Below are positions 11,967-25,100 of a DNA stretch of 64,000 bases, in pieces. Source of the stretch: Paraphysomonas bandaiensis. Its lineage: Eukaryota > Protista > Chrysophyceae. Within the stretch, counting starts at the first letter, position 1, and every line of letters starts with the position of its first letter. The notes below the pieces were generated by a model, which made no database searches, was not told the DNA's origin, and was given only the letters and a program-made list of their open reading frames with translations. The DNA lies in NCBI GenBank assembly GCA_965644295.1, contig CBFFRP010000405.1:62001-126000 (forward strand). Reading direction: 5' to 3'. Position numbers and translations under genes: made by a program.

Positions 11967-12962
11967 TTAATTTTGAGATCCCGTTGAACTCTTGTCATTC
12001 ATATCATCTTCGTCTTCAAAAATACAGAATAGAGGATTCGATGTAGGTCTACTGTACACGCTCCCGTCTTTACGCTTTCGACATAGCAGCTTATCAATAG
12101 CAAAGTACAAAACCCATGTAAAATTGACTATTCCCAGCGACTCCACCGCTAGTGTCCACAGAACTAGCAAATAGCTTCCTGGGAGATTGAGAAATAAAAT
12201 ACTATTTTGCTGCGCGAGTAACTGAGGTGTCAACTGGGCAATTTGAAGGAGAATGAGGACTCCAGGTAAGCCGGCCGTCACCACAATAAAGTATAGACCG
12301 CCGGGGAAATTGTCACGATTCAGGTTTTCGAAGTGTGTGAGCGCAGCAATGAGGAAGCCGAGAGGGACTACTGTCAACTGCCGACCAAGAAGAAACTTTT
12401 TAACACCTTCGGACACGCTCGAATTGAGAAGCCTATGAATTTTATATGCAGTCGGGTAAGCCTTCATGTCTTCAGAATCTAAATGAGTGGTGCTCACCAC
12501 AGCCACCTTAAGCCCCTCACAATACGTTACAATTACAAGAGCCAAAAAGCCTAAAAAAAATTGAACTCCAACATTTATCTCCAGCATAGAGTGACCAGAT
12601 CCAATGCATCCTAGCACAAATACGATGCATAGAACAGTAAGTCCTGTGCTCAAAACATATCGTACATAGAGTAGGATGGTATCGATCATCCTAGCTGTCT
12701 GAACAGCCCCCTCGATGGCCACTTCACAGGCGCTGTCCTCAGTATCTTCCTCCTCGGAATATTCACACACTTCCTCCGTGCTTTTATGGCTTACCGACTC
12801 CGTGTCACTCAATTCCTTACCAGATAAGGGTGTAGGGTTACGAGAGGTACCAGCGAAGCATACCCGATTAACGATGCCATAAAACACATACACGAAGTGA
12901 ACTAGACCACACTGCTCAATAAGTAGTGCCAGATATAGTATCACGCACACAACAATCCCCAC
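11967..12962 (-). CDS. SIT: Silicon transporter (SIT family), 5'-incomplete: one full repeat plus the tail of a preceding repeat
   Basis: Motifs CEGLKVAV (EGxQ position), FLLGRQ, QLTPQLLA, ESLGIVN; several hydrophobic TM segments. No ATG at the ORF start. Confidence 0.85.
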   Translation of the reverse strand: MGIVVCVILYLALLIEQCGLVHFVYVFYGIVNRVCFAGTSRNPTPLSGKELSDTESVSHKSTEEVCEYSEEEDTEDSACEVAIEGAVQTARMIDTILLYVRYVLSTGLTVLCIVFVLGCIGSGHSMLEINVGVQFFLGFLALVIVTYCEGLKVAVVSTTHLDSEDMKAYPTAYKIHRLLNSSVSEGVKKFLLGRQLTVVPLGFLIAALTHFENLNRDNFPGGLYFIVVTAGLPGVLILLQIAQLTPQLLAQQNSILFLNLPGSYLLVLWTLAVESLGIVNFTWVLYFAIDKLLCRKRKDGSVYSRPTSNPLFCIFEDEDDMNDKSSTGSQN

Positions 12963-13666
12963 TAATCTTAAGTCAATATATCACTGGCATTGGTGTGGTG
13001 ACCTCAATGCATGCCGTGATAGCAATCAGCCTGCAAGGTCTGGACGAGACAGGTCGGTCCATCTTGGCGAGGGTAAAAATAGGGACAACTGTCAAGGATT
13101 TTTGCGTATTTCGGGTGTATAAAAAGTTACCCTCCCCGAAAACAGTGTCTTTTTAGAGGAAAAGTAAAAACTCGGCAATTTCGGGGAAAGCTACCTCAAG
13201 TATTTCGGGAGTATTACTTGCCTCCTGAAATTTTTGGACCATGGTACCTGAAAAGGGACCGGTTTTGTGGATAGTATGGGGCTTTCTTTGGTAACTTGTA
13301 GCTGCAGTTTTCATCTAGAAATCGCCTTTTTCAGCCACTTGTAACTCAAAACTGTGGCCCAATAATATTTCTTCCATTGAATTTCATCTACAGTTATTGG
13401 CTACGGCTAGAGTGCAGCTGGATTCCTACGCACAATATCTCATCTTCTATTTCATGTTCAACTGCACAGAGCATGCATCGCTACCCTTAATCCCCTTATC
13501 GAAATATGGTCACTTCATATTCAACATCCGTACCTCAAGCACGCATTACATAAGTATATTGTTTTAATGTGCTATGCTCTAGCCTGGATCACTATCATTG
13601 TGACTCACAGTGAAACAGTTGCCGTACTTCCGTCCCTCTGCAGTGGTGATTTGTCGAACATAAGCA

Positions 13667-14176
13667 ATGTTTACGAAGAAGCAAAGCTGGAGAAGGATTA
13701 CTTCAGTCGGGTGTGTTGACAGTAGACCTGAGGTCAAGCATGAAGTAACTCGGTCGAAATCAGCACCCTCGTTGGGTGCATCTACCAAGCAACAAAGCTT
13801 TCGAAGATCTTCATCAGAGGGTGATTCTGATAGCAAGAAAAGGGTTACTTTTGCCACCACAAGTATGGTGGTATTGGTGCCTAGTCGCCGCGAGATTTTC
13901 TCCAGCGGCTTATTTGCGGAGTTATGGTGGGATAGGACAGATTATTTGTCTTTCCGATCATCTGCAGATATGGAAATAATGAAACTCATGAATAAGTTCG
14001 AGGGAAATATACCAGCTCTTTTGGAATTCCTGTACCAACCTAGCGTTGACGATAACGGCAGTGAAAGAGAAATAAACTCAACTTTGCACATCACTTCCAA
14101 TCCTAAAAGTTCAATGGTGTCACCTCCTTCCAATTCAATCATGGATATCCATGATAGGAGTGTACAGTATCTTTAG
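13667..14176 (+). CDS. Hypothetical protein with RVxF-like motif (stramenopile-type family)
   Basis: KKRVTF...VVLVPSRRE...LWWDRTDY pattern; ATG-initiated 169-aa ORF. Confidence 0.7.
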   Translation: MFTKKQSWRRITSVGCVDSRPEVKHEVTRSKSAPSLGASTKQQSFRRSSSEGDSDSKKRVTFATTSMVVLVPSRREIFSSGLFAELWWDRTDYLSFRSSADMEIMKLMNKFEGNIPALLEFLYQPSVDDNGSEREINSTLHITSNPKSSMVSPPSNSIMDIHDRSVQYL

Positions 14177-15580
14177 TGTGCTAAGCACTACACGTATTTT
14201 TACTCGCAACGTATTATTCTCCATAATGCTGTTATTTTTTTTTGAAACAATACATGCGTTTGTCATATTCACAGGGAACCTGTATATCTCGAAAGGGGTC
14301 AGTCGTGTATTTAAAGATAGACAACTATGCACCACAATTGCGCCGGCTTTTAATGACGTCTACTATTTGTAATGTGCCTTCAAATCATAATATAATATAC
14401 CCTTTGTTCCTCATAATTCCATGACTAGCGATGACTTAGTTCGAGCCTTCATTTTAATATACTAGTAAAAAATGCTGTATACAGCAATTAATATCTAGAG
14501 ACACCAACAACTTTTCACGGTAAAGTAGGCGGCCCTACATTTTTTTCTGGTCATATTCCATATCTTGAAACACTTCTTCTAAACATTGTAACACCGGACA
14601 CTCTGACAAGTGCATAAATTCAGGTAGTGCAATGCAGTTTTGTTTAAAGGAATTTATACCTAACCAATGTTCACTGCATACATATTGTTTGTCAAGTAGT
14701 CTTATTTCATTTAGCATAAGCGTTTAATGTTGTTCTCGTATGAAACATTGCTTGCAGTATGTATATATTGGTGTGTCTGGTCTAAGAATAAATTATGCTG
14801 TCTGGGATCTTCTGTTGGACTTGTAAATTGGGTTTAATTTCCTGGTCATACCAAATTTGGTGTAAGAACCTGTGAAGCGGTTGAAAAACCTAGGCATTGA
14901 ATAATTTTTATTTCAGTTTACAATAACTAGGTTGACTAAGTGTTTATGGTATTGACCCAGTCATAAGTAAACATTTTCAGACATGGGAGCACACTCGAGT
15001 AATCAATTATTAATGAATATAAGGTATGTATAAATGATGCAAAACATAACTTTTCAACTTCGCATTCAAATGAGAATGGGGCAGTTTCTCGTGGCCAAGT
15101 CCGGTGTATATCCACAGTCTTCTTCATTCCATGGGCATCGAACCCCACAATCTTAGGATGGGCAAGGACGCCACTTGGGGCATCAGAAAATCGACACTGC
15201 TATAGAAGAAATTTTTATGCTCGTAGTAGTAATTAGGCATTACGCCTTAATCCACGCACATACCATTCAGGTACTGAGGGTGATGCAGGTATGTGTTCTT
15301 CCAGTTTCCTAGTCTAAGAGTCATGGCATTGATGGATTAATGATTGATACGAGCCCTCGATTATTCTGAGGCCGGATAGTTGTCAGAAATATTATTTAAA
15401 GTTGTCAATACCTACAGTAGTCAAAGTAATAAATATAACTCAACCAAGCCAATATTATATTAGTCAGAAATAGTACACGCACATCGTTACACATTAAAAA
15501 ACAGTGAAATCAATGCAGCATAGACCAGATAAAGACTTACACTTCTCTTCTTTGAAGTCCTTACACTTACCCCGGTTTTA

Positions 15581-15810
15581 CTGAAGTCAGCAGATGTCAA
15601 GTATATCAACATTATGCTTGCTCACTGCGTTTGCTTTGAGTGATAGAGCGAAAGTGGCTGCGTGGCTGCACCATGGTGCTTGCGGCAATGCACAAGCAGC
15701 ATTCGTAGTGTTAAATAGTAGGATATCACAGTTAAGCACTAGTTACTTAAATTGCAATGCTACATTAGTTTTGACTGTTACACGCCAATTGGTAAAAATA
15801 AAATATTCAC
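15581..15810 (+). mobile_element. SINE-like element, 5'-truncated
   Basis: Collinear with 32310-32554 and 6714-6897; contains the shared 3' motif at 15648-15706. Confidence 0.8.
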
Positions 15811-16176
15811 TACTCTCCGATTTTAGGACAATGGTCGCTAATACCTAATACGCCTAATACCCCCACTCGCTATTTGTACAGCACTTGCGAGGTATATGTA
15901 ATACATTTATAGTTTTCTACATATCTTACTTATGTCGATAGGGAACACTGACGTGAAGGATCTATTATTGAACCTAGTCAATTTTATGGTGTAATTTCCT
16001 ACTCACACCAAAATTCTAACACAGGTATATTCAGTAATCGTAGAATTTTAATAGACGTAATGCTGACGACGTGAACTCATGTGTCTAAGAAACTACATGT
16101 CAAAGCAATCATAAATGAAGGAAGCAGTAATTGTATACAGCAGTGGTTAGTTTTACAGCCTATATATTTTGTACAA

Positions 16177-17532
16177 TTATCTGTCATTGAGCTCCATATC
16201 TATATCGATATGATGTTCCTCCGAGTCATACGACTGCTCAACGGCTTTTCTAGCTAGCTTGGCAATATCGTGAGCCTGTCCGATTGTTACATTATTGCGC
16301 ATGAGAACATCCACCTTGACTCCGATGCTGCCGTTATCTCTATAGTAAACCTGAACTTCAGACACTCCAACGATGCCATCCACGCCCATAACAGCTTCAG
16401 TGGCTCTTGCTGCGATATCATTATGTGATCGAGCCCATTCTGGTAGATTCTTTCCCAGACCAGTGGAGCCTATTGGATCAACGTGAACGATAACCTCTGC
16501 CACTCTATCAGGATGAGATTCCAAAAGCGCCTCACGAACCAGCTCCGCGACTCGATGTGCCGCAGACGCTGATATCTTTCCTGGCACTCCCACTGTGCAC
16601 TCCACATATAAATATGGCCCTGATAGACGAGCCACCAACTTCTCCACCGATAAGACACCGGCGACTGACATGCATGTATCTTTCAATGCTTGAGTTTCCT
16701 CAGAAGAAGCAGGGGAATCCCGAAGATCTTTGATGGCATCAAGGATGCAGTTGATTCCTGAATGAGAAATTACACCAGCGACCAGCACACCAGCAAGGGG
16801 GTCAAGCAAAGGATATCCTGCAGCACTACCCACTAGACCCACAAATACTGCACTAGATACAAAGGCATCTGATCGGTGATGCCACGCATTGGCGACGACC
16901 ACGGAGGAGTTTGAGGACTGACCTATGTGAAGAGTTGACCGAAATAAACACTCTTTACTCAAAGCCGATCCGCATGCTACTACAAGGGCGGCAGCCATTT
17001 CAGGCTCCATATTCATCAAGCTGTTCACGGAAACCCCTTGTACTGTCTGATGGGTGTCTGTCTTTAGTGACGCCTGGGCCGCTGCAATATCGATACCGGA
17101 TGATAGAGCAGAGTAGCCGATGCCGACAGCAGTAGATATCAGAATACCACCCACTGCTAGGGTACCTAGAGATTCCAGTTTCCCACTTCCCCAAGGATTT
17201 GCATCAGTAGCACCACATCTAGATTTTGTTATCGCATAGTATACAACAGAATCTGTTAGGATATCACTGAAGCTATTCGCAGCGTCTGCAATTAAACCAG
17301 CGGAGCCAACGAGGCACCCCGCTGAAGCTTTGAAAATTCCCAGTGCAAAGTTAGCAGCTGCGCCTATTTTAGTGACGCGCTTCAAAGCATCCGCGGCCAA
17401 CGATGATGGCATACGCGACGGTTCTCGAGTATTCTCACTAGAAAAGTGCCGGCTAGTGACGTCGTGAACAAAACAAGGGAACACTGATCTAACTCTTAAC
17501 ATGTCTCTAAATATATATGATCGCAAATTCAT
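16177..17532 (-). CDS. Cation diffusion facilitator (MTP/MMT-like), probable mitochondrial presequence, two C-terminal dimerisation domains
   Basis: GSAGLIADAANSFSD, PWGSGKLE, NAWHHRSD, LDPLAG, SAAHRVAE..VIVHVDP. Start is ATG 17532 or 17502. Confidence 0.92.
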   Translation of the reverse strand: MNLRSYIFRDMLRVRSVFPCFVHDVTSRHFSSENTREPSRMPSSLAADALKRVTKIGAAANFALGIFKASAGCLVGSAGLIADAANSFSDILTDSVVYYAITKSRCGATDANPWGSGKLESLGTLAVGGILISTAVGIGYSALSSGIDIAAAQASLKTDTHQTVQGVSVNSLMNMEPEMAAALVVACGSALSKECLFRSTLHIGQSSNSSVVVANAWHHRSDAFVSSAVFVGLVGSAAGYPLLDPLAGVLVAGVISHSGINCILDAIKDLRDSPASSEETQALKDTCMSVAGVLSVEKLVARLSGPYLYVECTVGVPGKISASAAHRVAELVREALLESHPDRVAEVIVHVDPIGSTGLGKNLPEWARSHNDIAARATEAVMGVDGIVGVSEVQVYYRDNGSIGVKVDVLMRNNVTIGQAHDIAKLARKAVEQSYDSEEHHIDIDMELNDR

Positions 17533-18057
17533 AATTCCTGTCAATAGTCCGCTGTGGGGGATGTCAAGAGCTTCAAGGAGACAAGAGCACCAATAGATCT
17601 TAATAATGCCGGCTACACCAGTGTAGATACCATTACATCGATTAATAACACTTTCAATTATCTGATGCGCAAGAATCCTTCACATGTTCACATTATATCG
17701 ACAGGAAGGAGTTGGCTTCCTCTCTATGTAACATGCAACAACAACAGTGTCAATGATACAGTCAGCAATGTGTGTAGGTACAGTGTGCGTGTATGGCTCG
17801 GTAGGAAGACCTGCGGAAGATCAAATACAGCGATTGTCGATTGGGTCAAACAGAGTTCCGATTCGGGTGTCTGTCGACAGAAATTGCAGCATATGGCGCC
17901 TATTTTCCACCAATGATTAGTTGGTTTTCGGAGGTGATTGGCTCGTCTAATTCCCTGCATTGAATTCAGAAGACAAAGCAATGTCCATATCTAGATATCT
18001 CTACATGTCCATATGATGTCGCTCGGGTGTCGCCACAGAAGCTGGATGGCAGATAAT

Positions 18058-18429
18058 GTACTTAGCGCTGTTGATCTGTCAGAAGAGAGCCTCAGTCCTG
18101 ACAAAAAGAATGGTTCAAACGGCCTTTGCGAGAATATAAGCGTAGTGTTAGAGAACACAAATTTACAAGTGTGAAAGCGTTGGAGGAAGGCCTCGTAGAT
18201 AAGACAAAGCTGACGATAAGAGAATGGAAGGTGCTTTTCCTTTTCAATAAGGACCTCTTCCACTCTCTTATCGTCAGCTTTGTCTTATGTACGAGGCCTT
18301 CCTCCAACGCTTTCACACTTGTAAATTTGTGTTCTCTAACACTACGCTTATATTCTCGCAAAGGCCGTTTGAACCATTCTTTTCGTCAGGACTGAGGCTC
18401 TCTTCTGACAGATCAACAGCGCGAAGTAC
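18058..18429. repeat. Long inverted repeat, ~173-bp arms, 26-nt spacer
   Basis: 18058-18230 is the reverse complement of 18257-18429 with about 4 mismatches. An extra outer 22-bp pair lies at 18031-18052 and 18477-18498. Confidence 0.97.
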
Positions 18430-20382
18430 TTTACCCTTTGCATACTTAGTTTGGAGATGCTCCAAAATAGTACCTCCTGCCATCCAGCTTCTGTGGCGCT
18501 TCCTGAGAAGTTCGTCAAAGTCGATGTTCTCATTAATAATATTGAAATTATGATTATTCACATCATTTCTGTCATGGCCATTTTCACTGTTATTGTATGC
18601 ATTGTGTGTCATTCTAAGTCGGTTCTACTCACATTAGGATGTGGGAAATCACATCATATCCCAATAACATCGTTTCATAGTCCCACCAGCTTGAACTGAT
18701 ATGTTGTGTATATCAATATTCAAAATTTGAAAATTATGAAAACTAAAGTGAAAAATCCAAAACAATGAACAACATGGTTTAGGGCGATGACATGGTTTTG
18801 ACCGACAGCGGTATTCACGAACGTTCAGGTGAACACCGCAATATGTAGCTGCAAATTTGATAGATCTATGATTAGCGTTAAAGAAGCATAAGCGATAGAT
18901 ATAAAAGGTAAAGTATTAATCGAAAAGGAAGCTCAATTGACTACGCCAAAGTCATTAAAATTTCACCCCAAAAAGAGTTCCATTATTATAGCTGGCTCGC
19001 ATGAAGTATTATACTACTGCTATTGATAAACTAGAATCATCAGTTCAATAATAATTGTATTTGCGAACAATTGTCGATTTTAATTGGCGAAACTATTCCA
19101 AGAAAACGAATTCTAATATTAGCACTACATGGTAAAAACATCCTGAAGTAATCTAAAACACTTCAATATCATAGCAAGCGCATCATAATGTTTCGACGCT
19201 CCAAATAAAGTTGTAGCCATTTGACCATATGACTCTAATTGACCAGGATCTCTATTGCCAAAGACTTACTACACCACATTGTCCGAAGTGTTTTTGTACA
19301 CACGATACGTTTCATAGCATCTTTGCACACTTTGATCTTTTGACATATCTGAGAACATCCTACTCATTAACGTTCCATCGTTGATCTCTTAGGTCATTTC
19401 TATTAAATTCTCCTCCCGACGACGCTCGTCGCTTTGAGAACTGTTCTTACTCGCTTCTTCTTGTTCCCGTCAGCAATCCTTTATTTTTCGTCCGTTTCTT
19501 GCACTCTTCAGTCTAATAAAATACCCTATATACGTATTTACACTTAAAATACCCTATATATGTATATATGTATCTGAACCAACTTTTAGTGACTATGTTC
19601 TTTGGATCTTCGTATTCTTTGCTTTCACTATTTTCAATTTCTAATATATCCTCTACTTGGACTTGCCGTATGGCATTTATTAATTCAGCGAGAATACTTT
19701 CGTAACCTCTGCATCTCCCCCGTGTCGCATCATATAGATCTGCTCCGAACGAATTCCTTTATATAACCTAGATCCTTGCAGTTGACATCTATAAGTCATA
19801 AGTCATAAGTCACTCAACTCCCCAATCGGCAAATCATCCATACATCTGCATTGTGTTCACAAGACTCCCAACACGTTTCAATATATGAATCACTATTCCT
19901 CCCAATCGCTATTCCTCCTCCAGTAAGTTTTGGATCTAGTCCCAGGTTTTATTTATACATCTTCATGAAAATGAGTTTTGATATTTTAAGTGAAGCATCT
20001 TTCTTACTATCCTCCTCTTCCTTTTAATCTGATATCTTATTAAGTTTGAACTATTTGTGCACACAATACTTAATTATCTTATATGCACTTCTATGTAAGA
20101 AAAGTAGTTACTAATCCGAACGCTTTATGTAATATTCAGTTAACATTTTTATTGTCAACTGAACATATATACCTCTTCGCAATCAATCCAAGATCCATAA
20201 ATACCTTGTATAGATTACATCAGTAACTGAATTAAACTTCTTTCATCCTTTGCTACTGTGTAGCCTTCACTCTTTTAACTTGTACTGTACATACACAACT
20301 GTCGGAACTGTAATACTATGCATAATTCAGTAAATATCAAACTTATTAACTTATTAAGCCCATGGATATAACTTCGGTAGTA

Positions 20383-21785
20383 TCAATTTGCTTGCATTTT
20401 TTCCACAACACTCTTCTTAGGCTGGGGTTCGATATGGGGAAAGACATACATCAGTGCATCAAGTAGAGAACTCGTATTATTCGTGAAATGCCTATGAGAT
20501 AATCATTCGATGTAAGTAAAAAGAGTATAAAACGCACCTGAAAAAGAATTGAGATTGATATCCAGGAAAGTACCACATAGGAGGGTATGAATCAGTAAGT
20601 GCATCAACAATAGCATCAACTACAATTTGTGGGTCCTATACGTGCTGTGAGACAAGCAATAACCATAAAAAACGTGAAACCTCGAGCATATTATGCAGAA
20701 GCTTCGAAGGTTCAAACAAATTATCGTCATATTGCGCTCTGAGCTCCGGTGGTACCCGAGCAAACTCGGATTTTGTCATATCTGGCCCACCAATCACTAT
20801 TGGTGTCCTAAAAACATAGCTAATTAATGTTTTTCGGACATTTTAATATGTTGTAGGGTCGCGCAACGAGCACCTCATAAACCCTGGGTTAATATTGGAA
20901 ACATGAATATTCCACGGTTTCATTTCTGCTCGCAAAGCTTTAGCAAATCCCTCAACAGCATGTTTCGATGAGTCATAGGCTGCCATCATAGGCGCAGATA
21001 TAAACCCAGCAACAGATGACAAGTTTATAACCCTATAAATCAAATAAACAATTCGTGTTTAGATGAAACCGACAAAGCAAGAATATTGCTGTCACTTTGA
21101 AAAATGTACCTTCCATTCTTTGTCCTTTTCAATAGCGGCAACATTGCTTTCGTTACATTCACGACGCCGAAGAAGTTGACCTCCATAACTTTTCGTAGTG
21201 TCCCGTTAGATATCCAATCAACGGCACCACTGTTGCCAATCCCGGCATTATTAATAACTACATCACAGAATTAAATATGCATACTCAATGACAGAGCCAA
21301 CCTGCCCATAGCTTCAATTTGTGCTTTGTAATGTACTCTTCGGTTTTTAACGCTAGCTGCTCAACATCCTTTTCATTCGTAACGTCACACAAGATTGCAT
21401 TAGCCACCTAATACAAAGTTGAAACAAAAATATACAATATCAAACAGTATTACCACGCCATTCAAGCGACTAACCCCTGAAGAAGTAAGGCAACCCGATA
21501 TAACATGGAATCCCAGTTTGCTAAGGCGGTGCGATGACAATTCACCAAATCCCGAGTCACAGCCAGTTATAACAACGACGTACTTGGAGTTATCTATTGC
21601 CACCTTCCGAGCAATAACCTTTTAATTATTATTATAAAATTAAAGCATGGTGTAGCGGACAGGAGCTGACTCACCCACTCGATTTGGCCGTAAATGAATG
21701 CAATGACATTGCACACGCCTATGAATGAAGCCACGATTGCATGTACGCACAAAGACGAAACGAATGATGCCATACGATTAGACAT
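20383..21785 (-). CDS. Short-chain dehydrogenase/reductase (retinol dehydrogenase/BDH-like), 7 exons
   Basis: ITGCDSGFG, INNAG, VNFFG, NLSS, YDSSK, INPG motifs reconstructed across GT-AG introns; N-terminal hydrophobic anchor. Confidence 0.93.
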
Positions 21786-22190
21786 ATCAGCACTCCTTCA
21801 CCGTAACCGACACAGTAATTATACCTCCAGAGCAGACAGTAAAGTACTAGGGCCTCAGGCAGGCAGATCTGCGTATCAACAGCCAGCTGCATGTGCTGCT
21901 GTTGGTGCTGCTCGTACTGTATATCTATGACTCTGCGAATACAGCGGAATACAGGCACAGTAGTATCCACGCTGTACAGAGAAGATGCATGGAAAAATCA
22001 AGGTGTCCGTTTCTTTTGTAAAATCCGCCATTTTTTAAGGGGGTATTTTATTATGAGTGGGACGTACATACATACACACATACATACATGTCTGTGTGTA
22101 GGCATACGGCGCTTTACTCATAGCAGCGATTGCTTTCAGTTAATTCATAACAGCTTCGTCCGGGCTCGAAACAAGCCCCACGATTAACAA

Positions 22191-25100
22191 ATGAGCAATT
22201 CAAGACGACCCATGGTGAAAGGCTATTCTAAAAAACAGAAGCCAGAGACTAGTAATAAGCACTATATGTACGCCCCGCCTATGCGCCCACAGAACACAGA
22301 CTCACATGATAGCTTAATACTTCGTCGCCTTGAAGAGATGACTAGACGAATTGATTTAATGCAGAATGCTCAAACTCTTTCGTCTACTTCACAAGTACTA
22401 CAACAAGCTCCCCAAGTACCCAACCGGCCATCGAATCAGGCATCTACTGTCAATATCTCCCCTCGAACTTCTAACTTGATCGATAATTATTCTCCATTAA
22501 AGAAAGCAGACAACAATGCCATGTCAAATAACGGCTCTGATTTTAAACTATCGATCGCAGGTGATAGTAGTAGGCAACAGGTAGGATTGTGATACATCAA
22601 TACCTTGTATTTACTTCTGTCGTTAGGAAATAGATGAGTTGACACATATGGTACACAACCTTCAGATGAGCTTACGTGAATCTCAAGATGAATATGTTCG
22701 AGCTGTGATGCGGACAGAGTCGGAGACGAAGGAGCGACAGCTTCTGGAAAAGAGGAATGCTGAATTGAATTCTAAACTTATGGAAGCTAGACAAGCTCTC
22801 AAAGAAACACAAGCAGCTTTGCAAAGCGTTCAATTAGCAACTGAACAACTTTCTAACAAAAGAGAGCAACGAGAACAGCATATCATGCACTTGTCCAACG
22901 AAAATACGGCATACGTAAGCAAAATTGCAACTCTAGAAGCAAAGTTAAAGGATGCGGAAGATGCTGTCATGGAGAGCAATAGTCGTCGTGACGAGTTTGT
23001 GCACCGACTACAAGATCAGTTGTCGCAATGTCAGGATGAAATATTTCAAGCTCAAGCTGACGGAACTGCAATTAATGGTGAAAAAGTACAGGTACTATTT
23101 GAAATTCGCTAAGCCACTTGTGATTGTAATATCATAATTTTATTGTAATACGTCTTCATTCTCAGTTAGAAGCAGAACTAGACGCTGTTCGGCAGAAACT
23201 TGCAACAACTGAACAGAAGTTGAAGAGTGCAGAGAATGCCGTGGATATTTCGTTCAAAACGAAATTGCAGAATTTAGAAGAAAAGAACCGTGCTCTCTTG
23301 GAAAAACTCCAAGGTATATACTGTTCCTGACTTTATGCTCAGTTATATGTATATTTATGTATGTTGCTCCGAAGGTGAGAAACAGCTACAAAGTAAGATA
23401 GAATACTTAGAAGATCAATTAAAAGCGAAATCGAAATCTTTACAGCATTCATCGCAAAATATGAAAACCCTCGAAAATTCATTGCATGAATGTCAAATAC
23501 GCCTACGAGCAACCGAGAGTAAGTTACACGATGCGGCAAACGACTACCAGGAACTAGAGTTTAAACTTCGTAATGCAGAGCGCGAAAATCAAACTGACAG
23601 ACATTTACAGGCGAAGATTTCGCTACTAGAAGACGAGATCTCAGAGAAAGATGCCACCTTAAAACAGCTTCACCAGAGAAATTATGAGTTAGAAACACAT
23701 CTGGATGCTGCTGAAGCGAAGATAACTAATATTGATGCTGCTCTACTAGATAAATCAGATGCATTACAGGAAATGGAATTTAAAATTCGTGCATTAGAAA
23801 GAGCGAAAAATATAGAAAAGAACAGTGATTCCCGTATTGCTGCACTTGATAAAGAACTAACGGAAAAGAACGCAATTATTCTTCAACACTCAGCCACTCT
23901 AAAGAAGCTGGAGAACGCTCTGGATGAGGCTACAACGCGATGTAAATCATCGGAAACGCTTCTGCATGAGAGAACCCAACGTTTACAAGAATTGGATGTA
24001 AAGCTGAAAGCGGCTGAGAGAGAAAATGCGGCTGATAAAATTGTAATTTCACGTATTGAAGGTCTTGAAAGTGAGCTGTCGGAGAAGTCTCATCAGTTGA
24101 ATATGGAAATTCAGACAACTAAAAGCCTTCAGGCACAGCTAGAAGAGAGTAATTTGAGAGTGCGTTCCTTAGAGGAGTCGATACAAGGAAAGAAGGAGCA
24201 AATGCAAGATGTTGAAATGCGACTGAAGAATGCTGAACTTGAATCTCTATCAGATAAGCAAATGATATCTCGTATTCATATTCTTCAAGATCAGCTAGCA
24301 GAGAAGACATCTGCACTACAAATAAAAACAGAGAAGCTGAAAGCTCTTGAAGTGTCAGCTCAAGACAATGCAATGAAAGTCAGAACTTTAGAATCCACTG
24401 TTAAAGAAAAAAATTCTCAAATTCAAGATATAGAATTTAAGATGAAGACCTGTGAAAGGGACCTATCAAGCTCTAGAGGTGAGATTTCGTCTACGAAGAA
24501 TAAGCTAGCGGCCATGGAAGGACAGTACAGTCAATTAGATGCAAGAATGAAGGCAGTAGTTATAGAAAAACACGAGCTGTCGTCGAAACTTGCCGTACTT
24601 GAACAATTAGTTGAAAATGCTGCTGAGCTTGCACTCGAATTAGATGCCTCAGAAGAGGCTAAGAACAAGTTAGAGTCCGAACTTGAAACAGCAAATCAGC
24701 GACTGAAAACTCTTACAGCCGAATACGATAAATGCGCGCTTGATCTTCAAACTGCTGAAAATCGTGTATTTCATAGTCAACAGGAGATTCGTGACCTCCA
24801 GGGACGCATGGCGGAAATGGTCCCAGCTGGCTCAAGCAATTCATCTCTTGATCTAAATTCAGATAAATTTTCAACACTTTCTAGTCGAATAGCAAAATCC
24901 CATACGCCTGAAAAGAGTAGTGACACTAGACCTACGCCAGAGCCTGTGAGTAGAACTGGTGCAGACACTTTGTCACCTCTGCCAGGAGTGTTATTTGATA
25001 TTCGTGAAGAAGCTTCTGCCGATATGGATGACTTGCAGGGAAGTAGCGACAATGTAGACAATAGTCGTCCAGTGTTGGATCGTAAACGGTCATCGCGACG

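Noticed and set aside
13030-13420. TE-like sequence upstream of the SIT fragment
   Set aside because: No ends or second copy in the window.
14520-15330. Degenerate - strand coding fragments
   Set aside because: Many stops, no identifiable family.
18092-18395. Mirror-image ORFs on both strands
   Set aside because: Artefact of the inverted repeat.
19100-20030. Purine-rich decayed coding-like sequence on the - strand
   Set aside because: Possibly an old TE, but no motif supports a call.
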